Below, piece by piece: positions 41,513 through 52,614 of a DNA stretch of 64,000 bases; position 1 is the stretch's first letter, and every line of letters starts with the position of its first letter. The stretch is from Ignavibacteriota bacterium. GTDB lineage: Bacteria > Bacteroidota > Ignavibacteria > UBA10030. The DNA lies in assembly GCA_963727825.1 (NCBI GenBank), contig CAVSHO010000007.1:1-64000 (forward strand). Reading direction: 5' to 3'. Position numbers and translations under genes: made by a program. The notes below the pieces were generated by a model. It did no database searches. It was not told where the DNA came from and saw nothing but the letters and a program-made list of their open reading frames with translations.

Positions 41513-42325
41513 GTGGCTCATTCGACAAATCGAACTCCGCAAATAATTGCACTTCTCACTGACTTCGGATTACAGGATCAGTATGTGGCATCGATGAAAG
41601 GAGTGATGTTATCTATTAATTCAGCGCTGAATATAATAGATATCACTCACGAAATTCAGCCGTATATAATTCGTCAGGCTGCGTATGTGCTTTGGTCGGT
41701 GTACAATTATTTTCCGAAGGGTACAATTTTTGTAAATGTAGTTGATCCTGGTGTCGGTAGTGGAAGACGTATTATCGTGATGAAAACAAAGAAATATACA
41801 TTTGTTGCTCCTGATAACGGATTATTGGATTTTGTTTTATATCAAGAAAAAGCTATAACAGCGGTTGAGGTGACACAATCATCTCTAAAAAATAACGCCA
41901 TAGGTGATGTATCATCAACATTCCATGGGCGTGATTTGATAGCGCCGCTTGCTGCTTATATTTCCAACAACGTACCAATAAAGAAATTCGGTATCCCTTA
42001 TTCGCTGCCTGAAATTCTTTCACCTTTTGTGAGTTCTCGGACGGATGTGGTATCGATGAGTATCCTACATATTGATAACTATGGAAATATCATTACAAAT
42101 CTTCGGTCTTTTGAAGTAGAAAAAAGCATGAAGCAAATACAAACCATATCAATAGGCAGTAATATGGTGAGCAAGTGGATTCGGTTTTATGATGAGGCAC
42201 CGGAAAATACTCCGTGTCTCATCGTAGGCAGCAATGGTTTGGTAGAGATATCTGCAAAAAAAAATAGTGCTGCACATCTCCTGAGAGCTACGCTGGATTC
42301 TAGATTGAGAGTTTATTGGCGATGA
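41513..42325 (+). CDS. SAM hydroxide adenosyltransferase (DUF62) family
   Basis: LLTDFG, VVDPGVG..R, FVAPDNG, STFHGRD, HIDNYGN. Confidence 0.9.
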   Translation: MAHSTNRTPQIIALLTDFGLQDQYVASMKGVMLSINSALNIIDITHEIQPYIIRQAAYVLWSVYNYFPKGTIFVNVVDPGVGSGRRIIVMKTKKYTFVAPDNGLLDFVLYQEKAITAVEVTQSSLKNNAIGDVSSTFHGRDLIAPLAAYISNNVPIKKFGIPYSLPEILSPFVSSRTDVVSMSILHIDNYGNIITNLRSFEVEKSMKQIQTISIGSNMVSKWIRFYDEAPENTPCLIVGSNGLVEISAKKNSAAHLLRATLDSRLRVYWR

Positions 42326-43422
42326 AGGCATTCAACGAAAATATAATCATGCAACGTTGTCTTGAACTTGCACAGAAGGGCGGAGGTACGGTCAGTCCCA
42401 ACCCGATGGTAGGATGTGTAATCGTGCGAAACAGCAAAATTGTGGGAGAAGGATTCCACAAAAAATTTGGCGGGCCGCATGCTGAAATTTACGCGCTAAA
42501 ACATGCTGGAAATAAAGCTAAAGGTGCAACCTTATATCTCAATTTAGAGCCATGTGCACATTTTGGCAAAACACCGCCTTGTACTTATGCAATCATTCAA
42601 TCTGGAATTTCTCAGGTGGTGATTGCATCGAAGGATCCCAATCCTCTGGTAAGCGGAAAGGGAATACAACGATTGCGCCACGCAGGCATTCAGGTGAAAG
42701 TTGGATTGCTTGAGGAAGAAGCTGAAGAGCTAAATGAAAAATTTTTCAAATATATGGAAACTGGTTTTCCTTTTGTCGGCATCAGGCTTGCACAAACGCT
42801 CGATGGAAAAATTGCCGATGCTGCAGGAAAATCAAAATGGATTACATCTGAAACTGCACGAAAAGAAGTGCATCGCCTGCGCAATGATTATGATGCGGTG
42901 TTGGTTGGAGCAAATACCGTTCTACAGGATAACCCGGAATTGACAGTCCGGCTTGTAAAGGGAAGGAATCCGGTGCGCGTTGTAATTGATGGACGTCTTT
43001 CACTTCCGACATCTCGCGCAATCTTCGATACGTCTGCTGCGCCAACATGGCTAATGACATCCGCAAAGGCTGTAAAAATAAATATGCGAAAAGTGCAAAA
43101 GCTTATTTCGCAAGGTGTGCGGGTGCTTCCGGTTTCGTCTGCATTCAGTATCAATGCAGAACCAATACTCCACATACTTGCAGCTGAAGGTGTCTCTTCT
43201 GTACTCATAGAAGGCGGTGCAAAGACTGTGGATCCGTTTATCAATCAATCGTTTGCTGATAAGCTTTTTCTGTTTGTCGCACCCAAAATTTTTGGGAGCG
43301 GCGTGGATGGTTTCTGTTTTGACTCTCCGAGACTCCTACGTAAACCAATTAACCTGACGATAACAAAAGTCTCGCCCGTTGGAGAAGATATACTTGTTGA
43401 AGCAAAGTTTATTCACAAATGA
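42322..43422 (+). CDS. ribD: Riboflavin biosynthesis deaminase/reductase
   Basis: PNPMVGCV, HAE, LEPCAHFGKTPPC, SKWIT, LIEGG. Confidence 0.97.
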   Translation: MKAFNENIIMQRCLELAQKGGGTVSPNPMVGCVIVRNSKIVGEGFHKKFGGPHAEIYALKHAGNKAKGATLYLNLEPCAHFGKTPPCTYAIIQSGISQVVIASKDPNPLVSGKGIQRLRHAGIQVKVGLLEEEAEELNEKFFKYMETGFPFVGIRLAQTLDGKIADAAGKSKWITSETARKEVHRLRNDYDAVLVGANTVLQDNPELTVRLVKGRNPVRVVIDGRLSLPTSRAIFDTSAAPTWLMTSAKAVKINMRKVQKLISQGVRVLPVSSAFSINAEPILHILAAEGVSSVLIEGGAKTVDPFINQSFADKLFLFVAPKIFGSGVDGFCFDSPRLLRKPINLTITKVSPVGEDILVEAKFIHK

Positions 43423-43435
43423 GAGAAGAAAAAAT

Positions 43436-44044
43436 ATGTTCACTGGATTAGTTGAAGAGACTGGAACCATCAAATCAATCAAACAAAAAGGTGGAAGTGT
43501 TATCTTCACTATTCAAGGTAAAAAAACTGTCAAAACTTTGCGCGTCGATCACAGCATTGCGGTGGAGGGTGTTTGTTTGACTGTTATTAAAAAAACATTG
43601 AATACATTTGATGTGCAAGCGGTGGAAGAGACCTTAAAGAAAACAACACTTGGAAATCTGGTGGCAGGTAGCCCCGTTAATCTGGAACGCCCATTGTTGC
43701 CTTCGGACCGGCTTGGCGGGCATTTTGTTCTTGGGCATGCGGATGGGCTTGGCAAAGTAATGGCATTGGAATACCGCGAAAGCAGTTGGATATTCTGGAT
43801 TCGAGTGCCGAAGAAATTTGTACATCATCTTGTACCTGTCGGTTCCATTGCCGTCAACGGCGTAAGTTTGACGATGGCAGAAGTGAAAAGTAATTCTTTC
43901 GCTGTTTCCATCATTCCCCATACTATGGAAGTGACAACATTCAAATTGCTTCAGCCTGGAGCAGCAGTCAATCTTGAATTTGATGTTCTTGGCAAGTATG
44001 TGAAACGCCTGTTTGAGGTAAAAGGGATTTCGATAAAGAAATGA
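43436..44044 (+). CDS. ribE: Riboflavin synthase (alpha chain)
   Basis: MFTGLVEE, GVCLTV, VNLER, GGHFVLGH, GSIAVNGVSLT. Confidence 0.96.
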   Translation: MFTGLVEETGTIKSIKQKGGSVIFTIQGKKTVKTLRVDHSIAVEGVCLTVIKKTLNTFDVQAVEETLKKTTLGNLVAGSPVNLERPLLPSDRLGGHFVLGHADGLGKVMALEYRESSWIFWIRVPKKFVHHLVPVGSIAVNGVSLTMAEVKSNSFAVSIIPHTMEVTTFKLLQPGAAVNLEFDVLGKYVKRLFEVKGISIKK

Positions 44045-44064
44045 TAGTAAACTAATTTTCGTTC

Positions 44065-44093
44065 TTGCATTTTGAGCCATTTTTCCCTATAAT
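44065..44093 (+). promoter_or_regulatory. Sigma70-like promoter upstream of secG
   Basis: TTGCAT-17bp-TATAAT. Confidence 0.55.
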
Positions 44094-44103
44094 AAAACTT
44101 GCA

Positions 44104-44131
44104 AACCCCCACAGTTGGTGGGGATTTTTTT
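44104..44131 (+). terminator. Intrinsic terminator-like hairpin after ribE
   Basis: CCCCAC-AGTTG-GTGGGG followed by A and a T7 run. Confidence 0.55.
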
Positions 44132-44150
44132 AGCTTGAGGAACGACGTCA

Positions 44151-44483
44151 ATGTATACATTTGCAGACATTATAGAAATCATAATTGGAATTCTATTGAT
44201 GCTCGCTATTCTAATGCAGTCGAGCAAAGGTGGCGGATTGGCTGGAGGTTTCGGCGGTTCCAACATTGGTACTGTCTTTGGAGTCCGGCGCACTTCGGAT
44301 TTTCTCACTAATTTAACACAATGGCTGGCAGGCATTTTCATGGTTCTTGCTTTGGTTATCAACTTATGGTTATTGCCGCGCGGTGAGATGAAAAAAGAGA
44401 GTGTCATTCAATCTGGTCCTCCCCCAGCAGCGTTACCACCAACACAGCAAGCACCAGCAACACCAATCCCGGGTAGCAAGTAA
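44151..44483 (+). CDS. secG: Preprotein translocase subunit SecG
   Basis: ILMQSSKGGGLAGGFGG..FG..DFL; followed by a tRNA. Confidence 0.95.
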   Translation: MYTFADIIEIIIGILLMLAILMQSSKGGGLAGGFGGSNIGTVFGVRRTSDFLTNLTQWLAGIFMVLALVINLWLLPRGEMKKESVIQSGPPPAALPPTQQAPATPIPGSK

Positions 44484-44489
44484 TTATTT

Positions 44490-44562
44490 GCACCCATGGC
44501 TCAATTGGTAGAGCAACTGACTCTTAATCAGTGGGTTGCAGGTTCGAGTCCTGCTGGGTGCA
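44490..44562 (+). tRNA. tRNA-Lys(CTT)
   Basis: Full cloverleaf GCACCCA..TGGGTGC-A, anticodon arm ACTGA-CTCTTAA-TCAGT, GGTTCGAGTCC; CCA not encoded. Confidence 0.97.
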
Positions 44563-44658
44563 CTGGAGTATCAGTGGATTCATTGTTGTGATATAGACAT
44601 AGAGACCTTCTGGTTATAAAATTATTATTGAATCAAGATTTAGAGTAGGAGAATTAGA

Positions 44659-45099
44659 TTGAACACGTCACCGAAAACACGGTTTTTTAAACCTGAAGAA
44701 ATAAATCAGAAATGGTTCCTTGTTGATGCAGATGGACAGACATTGGGGCGCATTGCATCACACGTTGCACATATTTTGCGTGGCAAGCATAAACCGGAAT
44801 TTACACCGAATCATGACTTGGGAGATTTTGTTGTGATTGTTAATATCGAAAAAGTGAAGCTGACCGGAAAACGGCCTGAGTTGAAAGAACTTTTTCACAA
44901 TACCGGTTACCCAGGCGGTGCACGTTTTGAATCTTTTAAAGAATTGATAAAAACGAATCCAGAAAAGGTGATGGAACATGCCGTAAAAGGAATGTTGCCG
45001 CATAACCGTTTAGGACGTCAGATGTTTAAGAAATTGAAAGTATATCGGGGAGCGCAACATCCCCATGCCGCACAACAACCAGAACCGATTTCTTTTTAA
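44659..45099 (+). CDS. rplM: 50S ribosomal protein L13
   Basis: WFLVDA..LGRIAS..LRGKHKP, KGMLP, KLKVY..HPHAAQQP; TTG start. Confidence 0.98.
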   Translation: MNTSPKTRFFKPEEINQKWFLVDADGQTLGRIASHVAHILRGKHKPEFTPNHDLGDFVVIVNIEKVKLTGKRPELKELFHNTGYPGGARFESFKELIKTNPEKVMEHAVKGMLPHNRLGRQMFKKLKVYRGAQHPHAAQQPEPISF

Positions 45100-45118
45100 G
45101 TGAGGAATAAACGACTCC

Positions 45119-45505
45119 ATGCAACCAAGAACTTCAGTTGGCCGTAGAAAAAATGCCATTGCTCGAGTAAAACTGATCGATGGTTCCGGTAAAATAACGG
45201 TCAATAAACGAGAATTTGAGAATTATTTTCCGCTGGAGATTCAGCGGGATGAAATTATGAAACCGTTTAAGATCACCGATACAATGGGGCGGTATGATGT
45301 AATGATACGCGTCAACGGCGGTGGACCTGTTGGACAGGCCGGCGCGGTACGACTTGGTATTGCGCGTTCCTTAGTCGCACTTGATGAAGATGCCCGCACA
45401 GCGCTTCGCGGTGCCGGACTTCTTACGCGCGATCCACGTATGGTAGAACGGAAAAAATACGGGCAGAAGAAAGCTCGCAAGCGGTTCCAGTTCTCCAAAC
45501 GTTAA
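45119..45505 (+). CDS. rpsI: 30S ribosomal protein S9
   Basis: [41 protein letters not shown]. Confidence 0.98.
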   Translation: MQPRTSVGRRKNAIARVKLIDGSGKITVNKREFENYFPLEIQRDEIMKPFKITDTMGRYDVMIRVNGGGPVGQAGAVRLGIARSLVALDEDARTALRGAGLLTRDPRMVERKKYGQKKARKRFQFSKR

Positions 45506-45663
45506 TTTGTATTTTCAATCTGCAATAGTCGTTTGACTAAAGCAGAAGTTTAATCACAAATCATATTCTCTGATTCGACCGGCAGTGTCCCGATGAACAC
45601 GGTTTATCGGGATTCCGGAAGAAGACGACGAGAGTAGCAGTCTAACTGAAAGGATGTTCTATT

Positions 45664-46422
45664 ATGGCTCGTGTTGAACTTGATGCGTTGCTTCAATCAG
45701 GTGCCCATTTCGGACACTTGACCCGCCGTTGGAATCCCAAAATGAAGCCCTATATTTTCATGGAGCGCAATGGGATTCATATAATCGATTTAAAAAAAAC
45801 CCAGGAGATGCTCGAGGCGGCGTGCAACGCTGTATCGAACAGTATTGCGGAAGGAAAGAAGCCACTCTTCGTAGGTACGAAACAGCAGGCAAGCGATGTA
45901 ATAAAGCAGGAAGCACAGCGATGTCATGCGCATTACGTGACTGAACGCTGGCTGGGCGGTATGCTGACAAATTTTAGCACGATCCGAAAAAGTGTTAAAC
46001 GTCTTACAAATATTGAGAAAATGGAAACAGACGGCACATTCGAAAACATAACGAAGAAAGAACGGCTTTTCTTAACACGCGAACGCGACAAACTTCAATC
46101 AGTTCTGTCCGGCGTTGTCGAGATGTCGCGTCTGCCCGGTATTGTATTCGTTGTCGATATTAAAAAGGAAGCTATTGCGGTGAAGGAAGCAAAACGTCTA
46201 AGCATCCCGGTTGTTGCAATCGTGGATACAAATACCGACCCCGATCCGATTGATTATCCGATTCCGGCTAACGATGATGCGCTCAAGTCAGTGCAATTGA
46301 TTGCAAAAGCCATTGCCGATGCAGTGCTCGAAGGTTCTGAGCGCGCATCTGCAAAACAACAAGCGGAAGCAGAAGAGCGTGCAACAGCAGAAGCTGCAGA
46401 GAAAGCTTCAGAAAAAAAATAA
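45664..46422 (+). CDS. rpsB: 30S ribosomal protein S2
   Basis: GAHFGHLTRRWNPKM, RWLGGMLTN, IPANDDA. Confidence 0.98.
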   Translation: MARVELDALLQSGAHFGHLTRRWNPKMKPYIFMERNGIHIIDLKKTQEMLEAACNAVSNSIAEGKKPLFVGTKQQASDVIKQEAQRCHAHYVTERWLGGMLTNFSTIRKSVKRLTNIEKMETDGTFENITKKERLFLTRERDKLQSVLSGVVEMSRLPGIVFVVDIKKEAIAVKEAKRLSIPVVAIVDTNTDPDPIDYPIPANDDALKSVQLIAKAIADAVLEGSERASAKQQAEAEERATAEAAEKASEKK

Positions 46423-46445
46423 TTTAGAGAAGGAAGTGAATTCGT

Positions 46446-47048
46446 ATGGCAGTAATTTCTAGTGAGGTAGTAAAAAAACTTCGGGATAAAACCGGTGCGG
46501 GCATGATGGATTGTAAAAATGCTCTTATGGCAACCAATGGCGACATGGAACAAGCTATCGACCATCTACGTAAAAAAGGCGCTGCGGTTGCGGCAAAACG
46601 AGCTGACCGTGAAACAAACCAAGGTGTTGTGGAAGCATATATTCATGCCGGCGGAAGAATCGGTGCGATGGTGGAACTGAACTGCGAGACAGATTTTGTC
46701 GCAAAGACACCCGGCTTCAAACAACTGGCGCATGACATTGCTATGCAGGTTGCCGCAATGACCCCAGAATATGTTTCGCGCGAACAAATTCCGCAAGCAG
46801 TCATCGAAAAAGAATTGGAAATCTATAAGGTGCAAGCACAGAATGAAGGCAAGCCCGCACAGATTGCGGAAAAGATATCGCAGGGACGACTTGAAAAATT
46901 CTATCAAGAGACAGTATTGATAGAACAAAGCTTCATCAAAGATTCAGGTAAAACCATTAAAGATATTATTGATGAAGAAACAGCGAGAGTTGGCGAAAAA
47001 ATAACTGTTCGCCGATTCCTTCGTTATCATCTTGGTGAATCTAATTAA
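46446..47048 (+). CDS. tsf: Elongation factor Ts (short form)
   Basis: VKKLRDKTGAGMMDCK, ELNCETDFVA. Confidence 0.98.
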   Translation: MAVISSEVVKKLRDKTGAGMMDCKNALMATNGDMEQAIDHLRKKGAAVAAKRADRETNQGVVEAYIHAGGRIGAMVELNCETDFVAKTPGFKQLAHDIAMQVAAMTPEYVSREQIPQAVIEKELEIYKVQAQNEGKPAQIAEKISQGRLEKFYQETVLIEQSFIKDSGKTIKDIIDEETARVGEKITVRRFLRYHLGESN

Positions 47049-47055
47049 AAATCAT

Positions 47056-47084
47056 AATCCCGAAAACAATTCGGGATTTTTTTT
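47056..47084 (+). terminator. Intrinsic terminator after tsf
   Basis: AATCCCGAA-AACAA-TTCGGGATT plus T-run. Confidence 0.75.
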
Positions 47085-47096
47085 ATAGGGGCGAGT

Positions 47097-47831
47097 ATGG
47101 CAAACCTCAAATACAAACGTATTCTGTTAAAACTCAGCGGCGAATCACTAATGGGTGATCGTGAGTACGGAATCGACCTAAACGTAGTGACTCGTTATGC
47201 TGAAGAGATCGCAGCGACCGAGAAGCTTGGCGTGCAAATTGGTATTGTCATTGGTGGTGGAAATATTTATCGAGGTATGGAAGGATCAGCCGATGGCATA
47301 GATAAAGTTACCGGCGACCAAATGGGAATGCTGGCGACTGTTATCAATGCACTTGCTTTGCAAAATGCACTTGAGCACAAAGGATTGAAGACGCGCTGCT
47401 TGAGTGCCATCAATATGGATCGAATTGCCGAGCCGTTTATTCGGCGGCGAGCAATCAGGCATTTGGAAAAAGGCCGTGTAGTTATATTTGCGGCAGGCAC
47501 TGGAAATCCGTACTTCACAACTGATACTGCCGCGGTACTGCGTGCAATCGAAATAGAAGCGAATGTGATTATCAAGGGAACACGCGTGGATGGAGTGTAT
47601 GATAGCGACCCTGAAAAGAATTCTGCGGCAATCCATCTCCCCGAAATATCCTACGCAGACGTCTTGAAAAAAGATCTACGTATTATGGACCTTACGGCAA
47701 TCACACTCTCAAAAGAGAATAAACTGCCTCTAGTAGTATTTAATATGAATATTCGCGGGAATCTGAAGCGTGTGGTCTGTGGAGAAGCAGTCGGTTCAAA
47801 AGTAGTTGAAATCTCGGCACAAAAGTCGTAA
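47097..47831 (+). CDS. pyrH: Uridylate kinase
   Basis: [32 protein letters not shown]. Confidence 0.98.
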   Translation: MANLKYKRILLKLSGESLMGDREYGIDLNVVTRYAEEIAATEKLGVQIGIVIGGGNIYRGMEGSADGIDKVTGDQMGMLATVINALALQNALEHKGLKTRCLSAINMDRIAEPFIRRRAIRHLEKGRVVIFAAGTGNPYFTTDTAAVLRAIEIEANVIIKGTRVDGVYDSDPEKNSAAIHLPEISYADVLKKDLRIMDLTAITLSKENKLPLVVFNMNIRGNLKRVVCGEAVGSKVVEISAQKS

Positions 47832-47867
47832 CATCACTCATCCAATTCACTAATTGATGGAACGCCT

Positions 47868-48431
47868 ATGACAAACTCAAAAGATATTCTGAAGCAAGCA
47901 GAAGACAGAATGAAGAAAGCCGTGGAAGTTGTGCGGGAGGAACTCATTAAAATTCGCACGGGCAAAGCCACAACGGCACTATTAGATGGAATAAAAATCG
48001 ATTACTACGGTACCATGACTCCGTTGAATAAAGTAGCAAATGTCAGCACACCGGATGTGCATACAGTTGCCGTTCAGCCATGGGAAAAAAATATTATCCC
48101 AGTCATTGAGAAGGCAATTCTGGTAGCCAATCTTGGTTTAAATCCGGTTTCGGATGGAACAATTGTTCGTGTTCCAATCCCTGCGCTTAATGAAGAGCGT
48201 CGACGTGATCTTGTGAAGTTAGTAAAAAAGTTCGGAGAGGATGGAAAAATTGCTATACGTAATGTCCGTCGTGATGCCATCGAACATCTCAAGAAGGCGG
48301 AAAAAGGTGAGCACATGTCCGAAGATGAGCGAAAACGTGGCGAACAAGATGCACAAAAGCTTACAGATAAATATATTAAGGATATCGACAATCATCTTGC
48401 TATGAAGGAAAAGGAAATTATGGAAGTGTGA
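47868..48431 (+). CDS. frr: Ribosome recycling factor
   Basis: IRTGKA, LGLNP, LNEERR, IRNVRRD, KEKEIMEV. Confidence 0.98.
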   Translation: MTNSKDILKQAEDRMKKAVEVVREELIKIRTGKATTALLDGIKIDYYGTMTPLNKVANVSTPDVHTVAVQPWEKNIIPVIEKAILVANLGLNPVSDGTIVRVPIPALNEERRRDLVKLVKKFGEDGKIAIRNVRRDAIEHLKKAEKGEHMSEDERKRGEQDAQKLTDKYIKDIDNHLAMKEKEIMEV

Positions 48432-48465
48432 TATAGATAGAACATAGGATGTGCAGTAAATTGAT

Positions 48466-48501
48466 ATCCCGGTTTTGAAATTACGAAATCGGGATTTTTT
48501 T
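48466..48501 (+). terminator. Intrinsic terminator after frr
   Basis: ATCCCGGTTT...AAATCGGGAT plus T-run. Confidence 0.65.
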
Positions 48502-48575
48502 ATAAGTTGAAAATGTAACCTTCACAATGGAAATCCGTATTGAAAGTAGAACTGACGAAACAAACAGGAGCCGCC

Positions 48576-49286
48576 ATGACAAACCAACAACGCCGCCTCT
48601 ATCGAAATCAATCCAATAAAGTATTTGCCGGAGTATGCAGCGGCCTCGGCGAGTATTTGAATGTGGACACAATAGTTATCCGCCTCATTTGGGTTCTCTT
48701 AACGCTTCTTGGTGGTGCAGGAATTATTGCATATATCATCGCATATTTTATTATTCCGGAGAGACCAATTGAATCTGGCCAAACAACTCCGCAACAATCT
48801 CACGATTTTACAGCAGTGCGCATTTTTGGATTTTTCTTCGTTGGTGCAGGTATCGCTATCCTGCTTGACAATCTTGATATTTTATCATTTCATCGATGGT
48901 GGAACATATCGTGGGAGTTTGTATTCCCCGGACTTCTTATCCTTGCCGGAATTTACTTCCTTACAAAACATGACAAAATTTCAATACATCAGCCGGCACA
49001 AGAGCCGTCAATTAAAGGGGAACAGTCCGCTCAAGATCAGGCTCCACACCCGGTTTCTTCATCGGATGAACAGCCAAAATCAAAAGTACTTCGCCGTTCG
49101 CTGAGCGATAAAAAACTTTTTGGAATTTGTGGAGGGGCAGGAGAATTTTTTAATGTGGACCCGACAATCATCCGTATTGCGTATGCGATCTTTACGGTTC
49201 TTTCCGGTGGCGCAGGAATTTTGATTTACTTATTAATGTATTTGATAATTCCTGAAGGTCAACCGCAAATGAAAACACAACAGTGA
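48576..49286 (+). CDS. Double PspC-domain membrane protein
   Basis: RLYR..KVFAGVCSGLGEYLNVD and LRRS..KKLFGICGGAGEFFNVDP, with central TM segments. Confidence 0.88.
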   Translation: MTNQQRRLYRNQSNKVFAGVCSGLGEYLNVDTIVIRLIWVLLTLLGGAGIIAYIIAYFIIPERPIESGQTTPQQSHDFTAVRIFGFFFVGAGIAILLDNLDILSFHRWWNISWEFVFPGLLILAGIYFLTKHDKISIHQPAQEPSIKGEQSAQDQAPHPVSSSDEQPKSKVLRRSLSDKKLFGICGGAGEFFNVDPTIIRIAYAIFTVLSGGAGILIYLLMYLIIPEGQPQMKTQQ

Positions 49287-49293
49287 GGAAATT

Positions 49294-49805
49294 ATGGAAA
49301 CGACTGTACGAAAACGACCCAGTGGATTCCCAATATTTGGCATTTTTCTGATTTTGCTTGGTGCGGGGCTCATCCTAAGTAAACTTAATCTATTCCATTA
49401 TAAATGGGGAATTATTCTTTGGGTATGCCTTGGCGTTGCAGGATTAGCAGCGACAGTCCAAGCATTTATTACACGAAGACGCGGGGTGGTTTTCTGGGGA
49501 AGCTTTCTATTTTTCTCAAGTATAGCAATACTTGTCCACAGGTTTGAGTTTTAAATTTTGCTCCGTGGGACGTTCCGGCAACTTTTTCTCTTGCGCTTGG
49601 TCTTTCATTCCTAATGTTGTTTTTCTACGAGCCGCGCCATTTTGGTGTTCTCGTACCAATGCTCTTCTTCGGTGGGTACGGCGTTCTATACTATTTATGG
49701 TGGTGGGATGTGATTGATTGGTTTGAGATGAAATACTACGTGCAAACCTACTGGCCAGTATTTATTATTCTCTGGGGAATTTCGCTTATATTCCGTCGCA
49801 GATAA
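49294..49805 (+). CDS. LiaF/DUF5668-like membrane protein, one frameshift
   Basis: FGIFLILLG..; C-terminal TYWPVFIILWG; split between ORFs 49294 and 49614. Confidence 0.65.
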
Positions 49806-49813
49806 TAGTAGAA

Positions 49814-52614
49814 TTAATGCGCTTCTAACCAGTTCTTACCAATACCGAGATCAACTTCAACGGGAACAGACAGCGGGAGCGCTTGACGCATTTCTTTTTC
49901 TACTAGTTTTTTCATCTCCGCTTCTTCGGCTATTCTCATTTCAAAAACCAATTCATCATGAACTTGTAGAAGCATGGAACTATCTAGCTTCCGCTTAATT
50001 ATTTCTGCGTCAATATGAACCATTGCAAGTTTAATCATATCCGCTGCAGTTCCTTGAATCGGCATATTGATGGCTTGCCGTTCGGCATTCTGGCGGAAAT
50101 TTTGGTTGTTGCTGCGTATATCTGCAATGTACCGTCGACGGCCGAGGAGGGTGCTGACATATCCTTCTTTTCGCGCACTGGCAATCGTATCGCTGATATA
50201 TTGCTGAACTTTGGGGAAGCGTGCAAAGTAGCGCGCAATAATTTCTTTGGCTTCACTCTGATTAATTTCTAACCTGCTGGCAAGTCCATAAGCACCGATA
50301 CCGTACATGATGCCAAAATTCACTTCTTTTGCTTTCCGTCTCATCTCTCGTGTAACATTTTCTGAAGCGACACCGAATACTTTTGCTGCCGTCGTTACGT
50401 GAATGTCTTCTTTATTCCGAAATGCTTCAGTCATTCCTTCGTCACCGGAAATGTGTGCCATTACACGTAATTCGATTTGTGAATAGTCGGCAGAAAGAAT
50501 AAGCGATTCAGGATTACCAGCAATGAAAGCTTTCCTGATCGATCTGCCAATCTCCGTTCGGATGGGAATGTTCTGAATATTTGGATCGCTGCTGGATAAT
50601 CTTCCAGTTGTTGTGACAGTTTGATTGAACGATGTATGCACTCGCCCTGTACGAGCGTTGATCTAATTTCGGAAGAGCATCAATGTATGTTGATTTCAAT
50701 TTTGTCGATTGCCGGAATTCGAGCAGCATTTCAATAATAGGATGAGCGCCTTTTAACGCCTCAAGCACTGCCAACGTCGGTGGAAAAGCCAGATTTGGTT
50801 TTACGTACCGGAGTTAGTTTGAGTTTGTTAAAAAGTATTTCTGCAAGCTGTTGTGTAGAATTTATATTAAAAGAAATACCGGCGGTTAAATAAATTTCAC
50901 GTGTAAGATTTTCGAGCTGGTGCTCAAGTTCCTTCGACATACGGGCAAGAAAATCAACATCAATAGCAACTCCGATACGCTCCATTCTAGCAAGGGCAGA
51001 AACAAGCGGAAATTCCATTCCTTCGCAAAGTTCTATCATCCCGAGTTCGTTCAGTTTCTTTTGAAAATATTCATATAACCGAAATGTGATATCAGAATCT
51101 TCGCATGAATAATCAGAAAGACGCAGTAGGGAAATTTCGCGAATATGTTTCTGCTCTTTTCCAGTCCCGACTAAATCTGAAAAGGAGACGGTCTTATATG
51201 AAAGATATTCTGCGGCGATATCATCCATATTATGCTGACCATCAGCACGAACGATGTAGCTGGCGATCATCGGATCGAACAAAGTACCTTCGACATTGAT
51301 CCCGTATTGCGACAGGACCAGCATATCGTACTTAATGTTGTAGCCAATTTTTTTAATGCCGGGATTTCCGAGAATCGGCCTGAGTTTTTTACAGACCAAA
51401 TCTAAGGGTAGACCAATAGAAGTATTTGAGTGCTCTGAATTATCGCCAAATAGTCCGCCTTGACCTTGTTGTTTTTTTCCGGAAACTGCAACATAGAATG
51501 CTTCATGCGGTTTGAGTGCGAACGAAATTCCAACAAGTTCAGCATTCAGCGAATCAGTTGAAGTCGTTTCGGTATCGAAAACAAATTCTTCCGCAGATTT
51601 TAGCTTAACGCAGAGTGCCGTAAACTCGCGTTCGGTTGTGATGAGTTGGTATATATGTTTATCCGTTGTAATATTGGAAAGTGGTTCAGGCGGCGCAAAT
51701 TCAATATCAGTATCGATGCGAACTGGCGTATCCAGCGTTTCCATTTGAAGCTTGCTGAGGAGCGATCGGAATTCAAGCGCTCTAAATAATTCCATTAACT
51801 TAGCATTGTTTTTTTTCTCCGCTTTCAACGAATGGAAGTTAATAGGAAGCGGCACGTTGATATCAATAGTGACGAGTCGCTTAGAAAGAAACGCCAGCTC
51901 TTTGTTTGCTTCCAATTTAGCGCGAACGCCTTTCTGTGGAATATTATCAAGATGGCGATAGATTTCTTCAATACTGCCGTATTTCTGGATGAGCGGAATC
52001 GCAGTCTTTTCACCAATTCCTGGCACTCCCGGTACGTTATCGGATGCATCGCCGGTGAGCCCGAGCACTTCAATAACTTTATCCGGTGTAACGCCGAACT
52101 TTTGTTTCACTCCTTCGCGATCCACAATTTCAATATCTGCACTTTGCTTACCGGGCTTGAAGATTTTTATAGTATCGGATACAAGTTGCATGAAATCTTT
52201 ATCGGGTGAGACAAGAAAAGTGAGGGCACCCTCACGTTCAGCTTGTTTTGCTAATGTGCCGATTACATCGTCTGCTTCATAACCATCCATTTCTATAGCA
52301 GGAATATTATATGCGCGCACAACTTCTTTGATGATAGGAATTTGAGTGATCATATCGTCCGGCATTTTTTGCCTTGTAGCTTTATACTCTTTGTATTCTT
52401 TGTGCCGGAAATTTGGTTTGCCGGTGTCGAACACAACTGCAATATGATCAGGAAATTCCTGCGAGAGAATGCGATTCAGAAATGTGACAAATCCATACAC
52501 GGCACTTGTGTTTTCGCCCTTCGAGTTCATCAGCGGCTGACGAATAAATGCAAAATATGAGCGATACGCCAATGCCATTGCATCAATTAGATAGACTCGT
52601 TCAATTTTCGGCAT
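49814..52614 (-). CDS. polA: DNA polymerase I (two apparent frameshifts at ~50770 and ~50660)
   Basis: 5'-3' exo (GYEADDVIG, GVPGIGEKTA), 3'-5' exo (FDTETT), polymerase motifs ADYSQIELR, AKEVNFGIMYG, LQVHDEL. Confidence 0.97.

Noticed and set aside
41513-42325. Fluorinase/chlorinase
   Set aside because: It has TFHGRD (the hydrolase triad His) rather than the halogenase-type signature.
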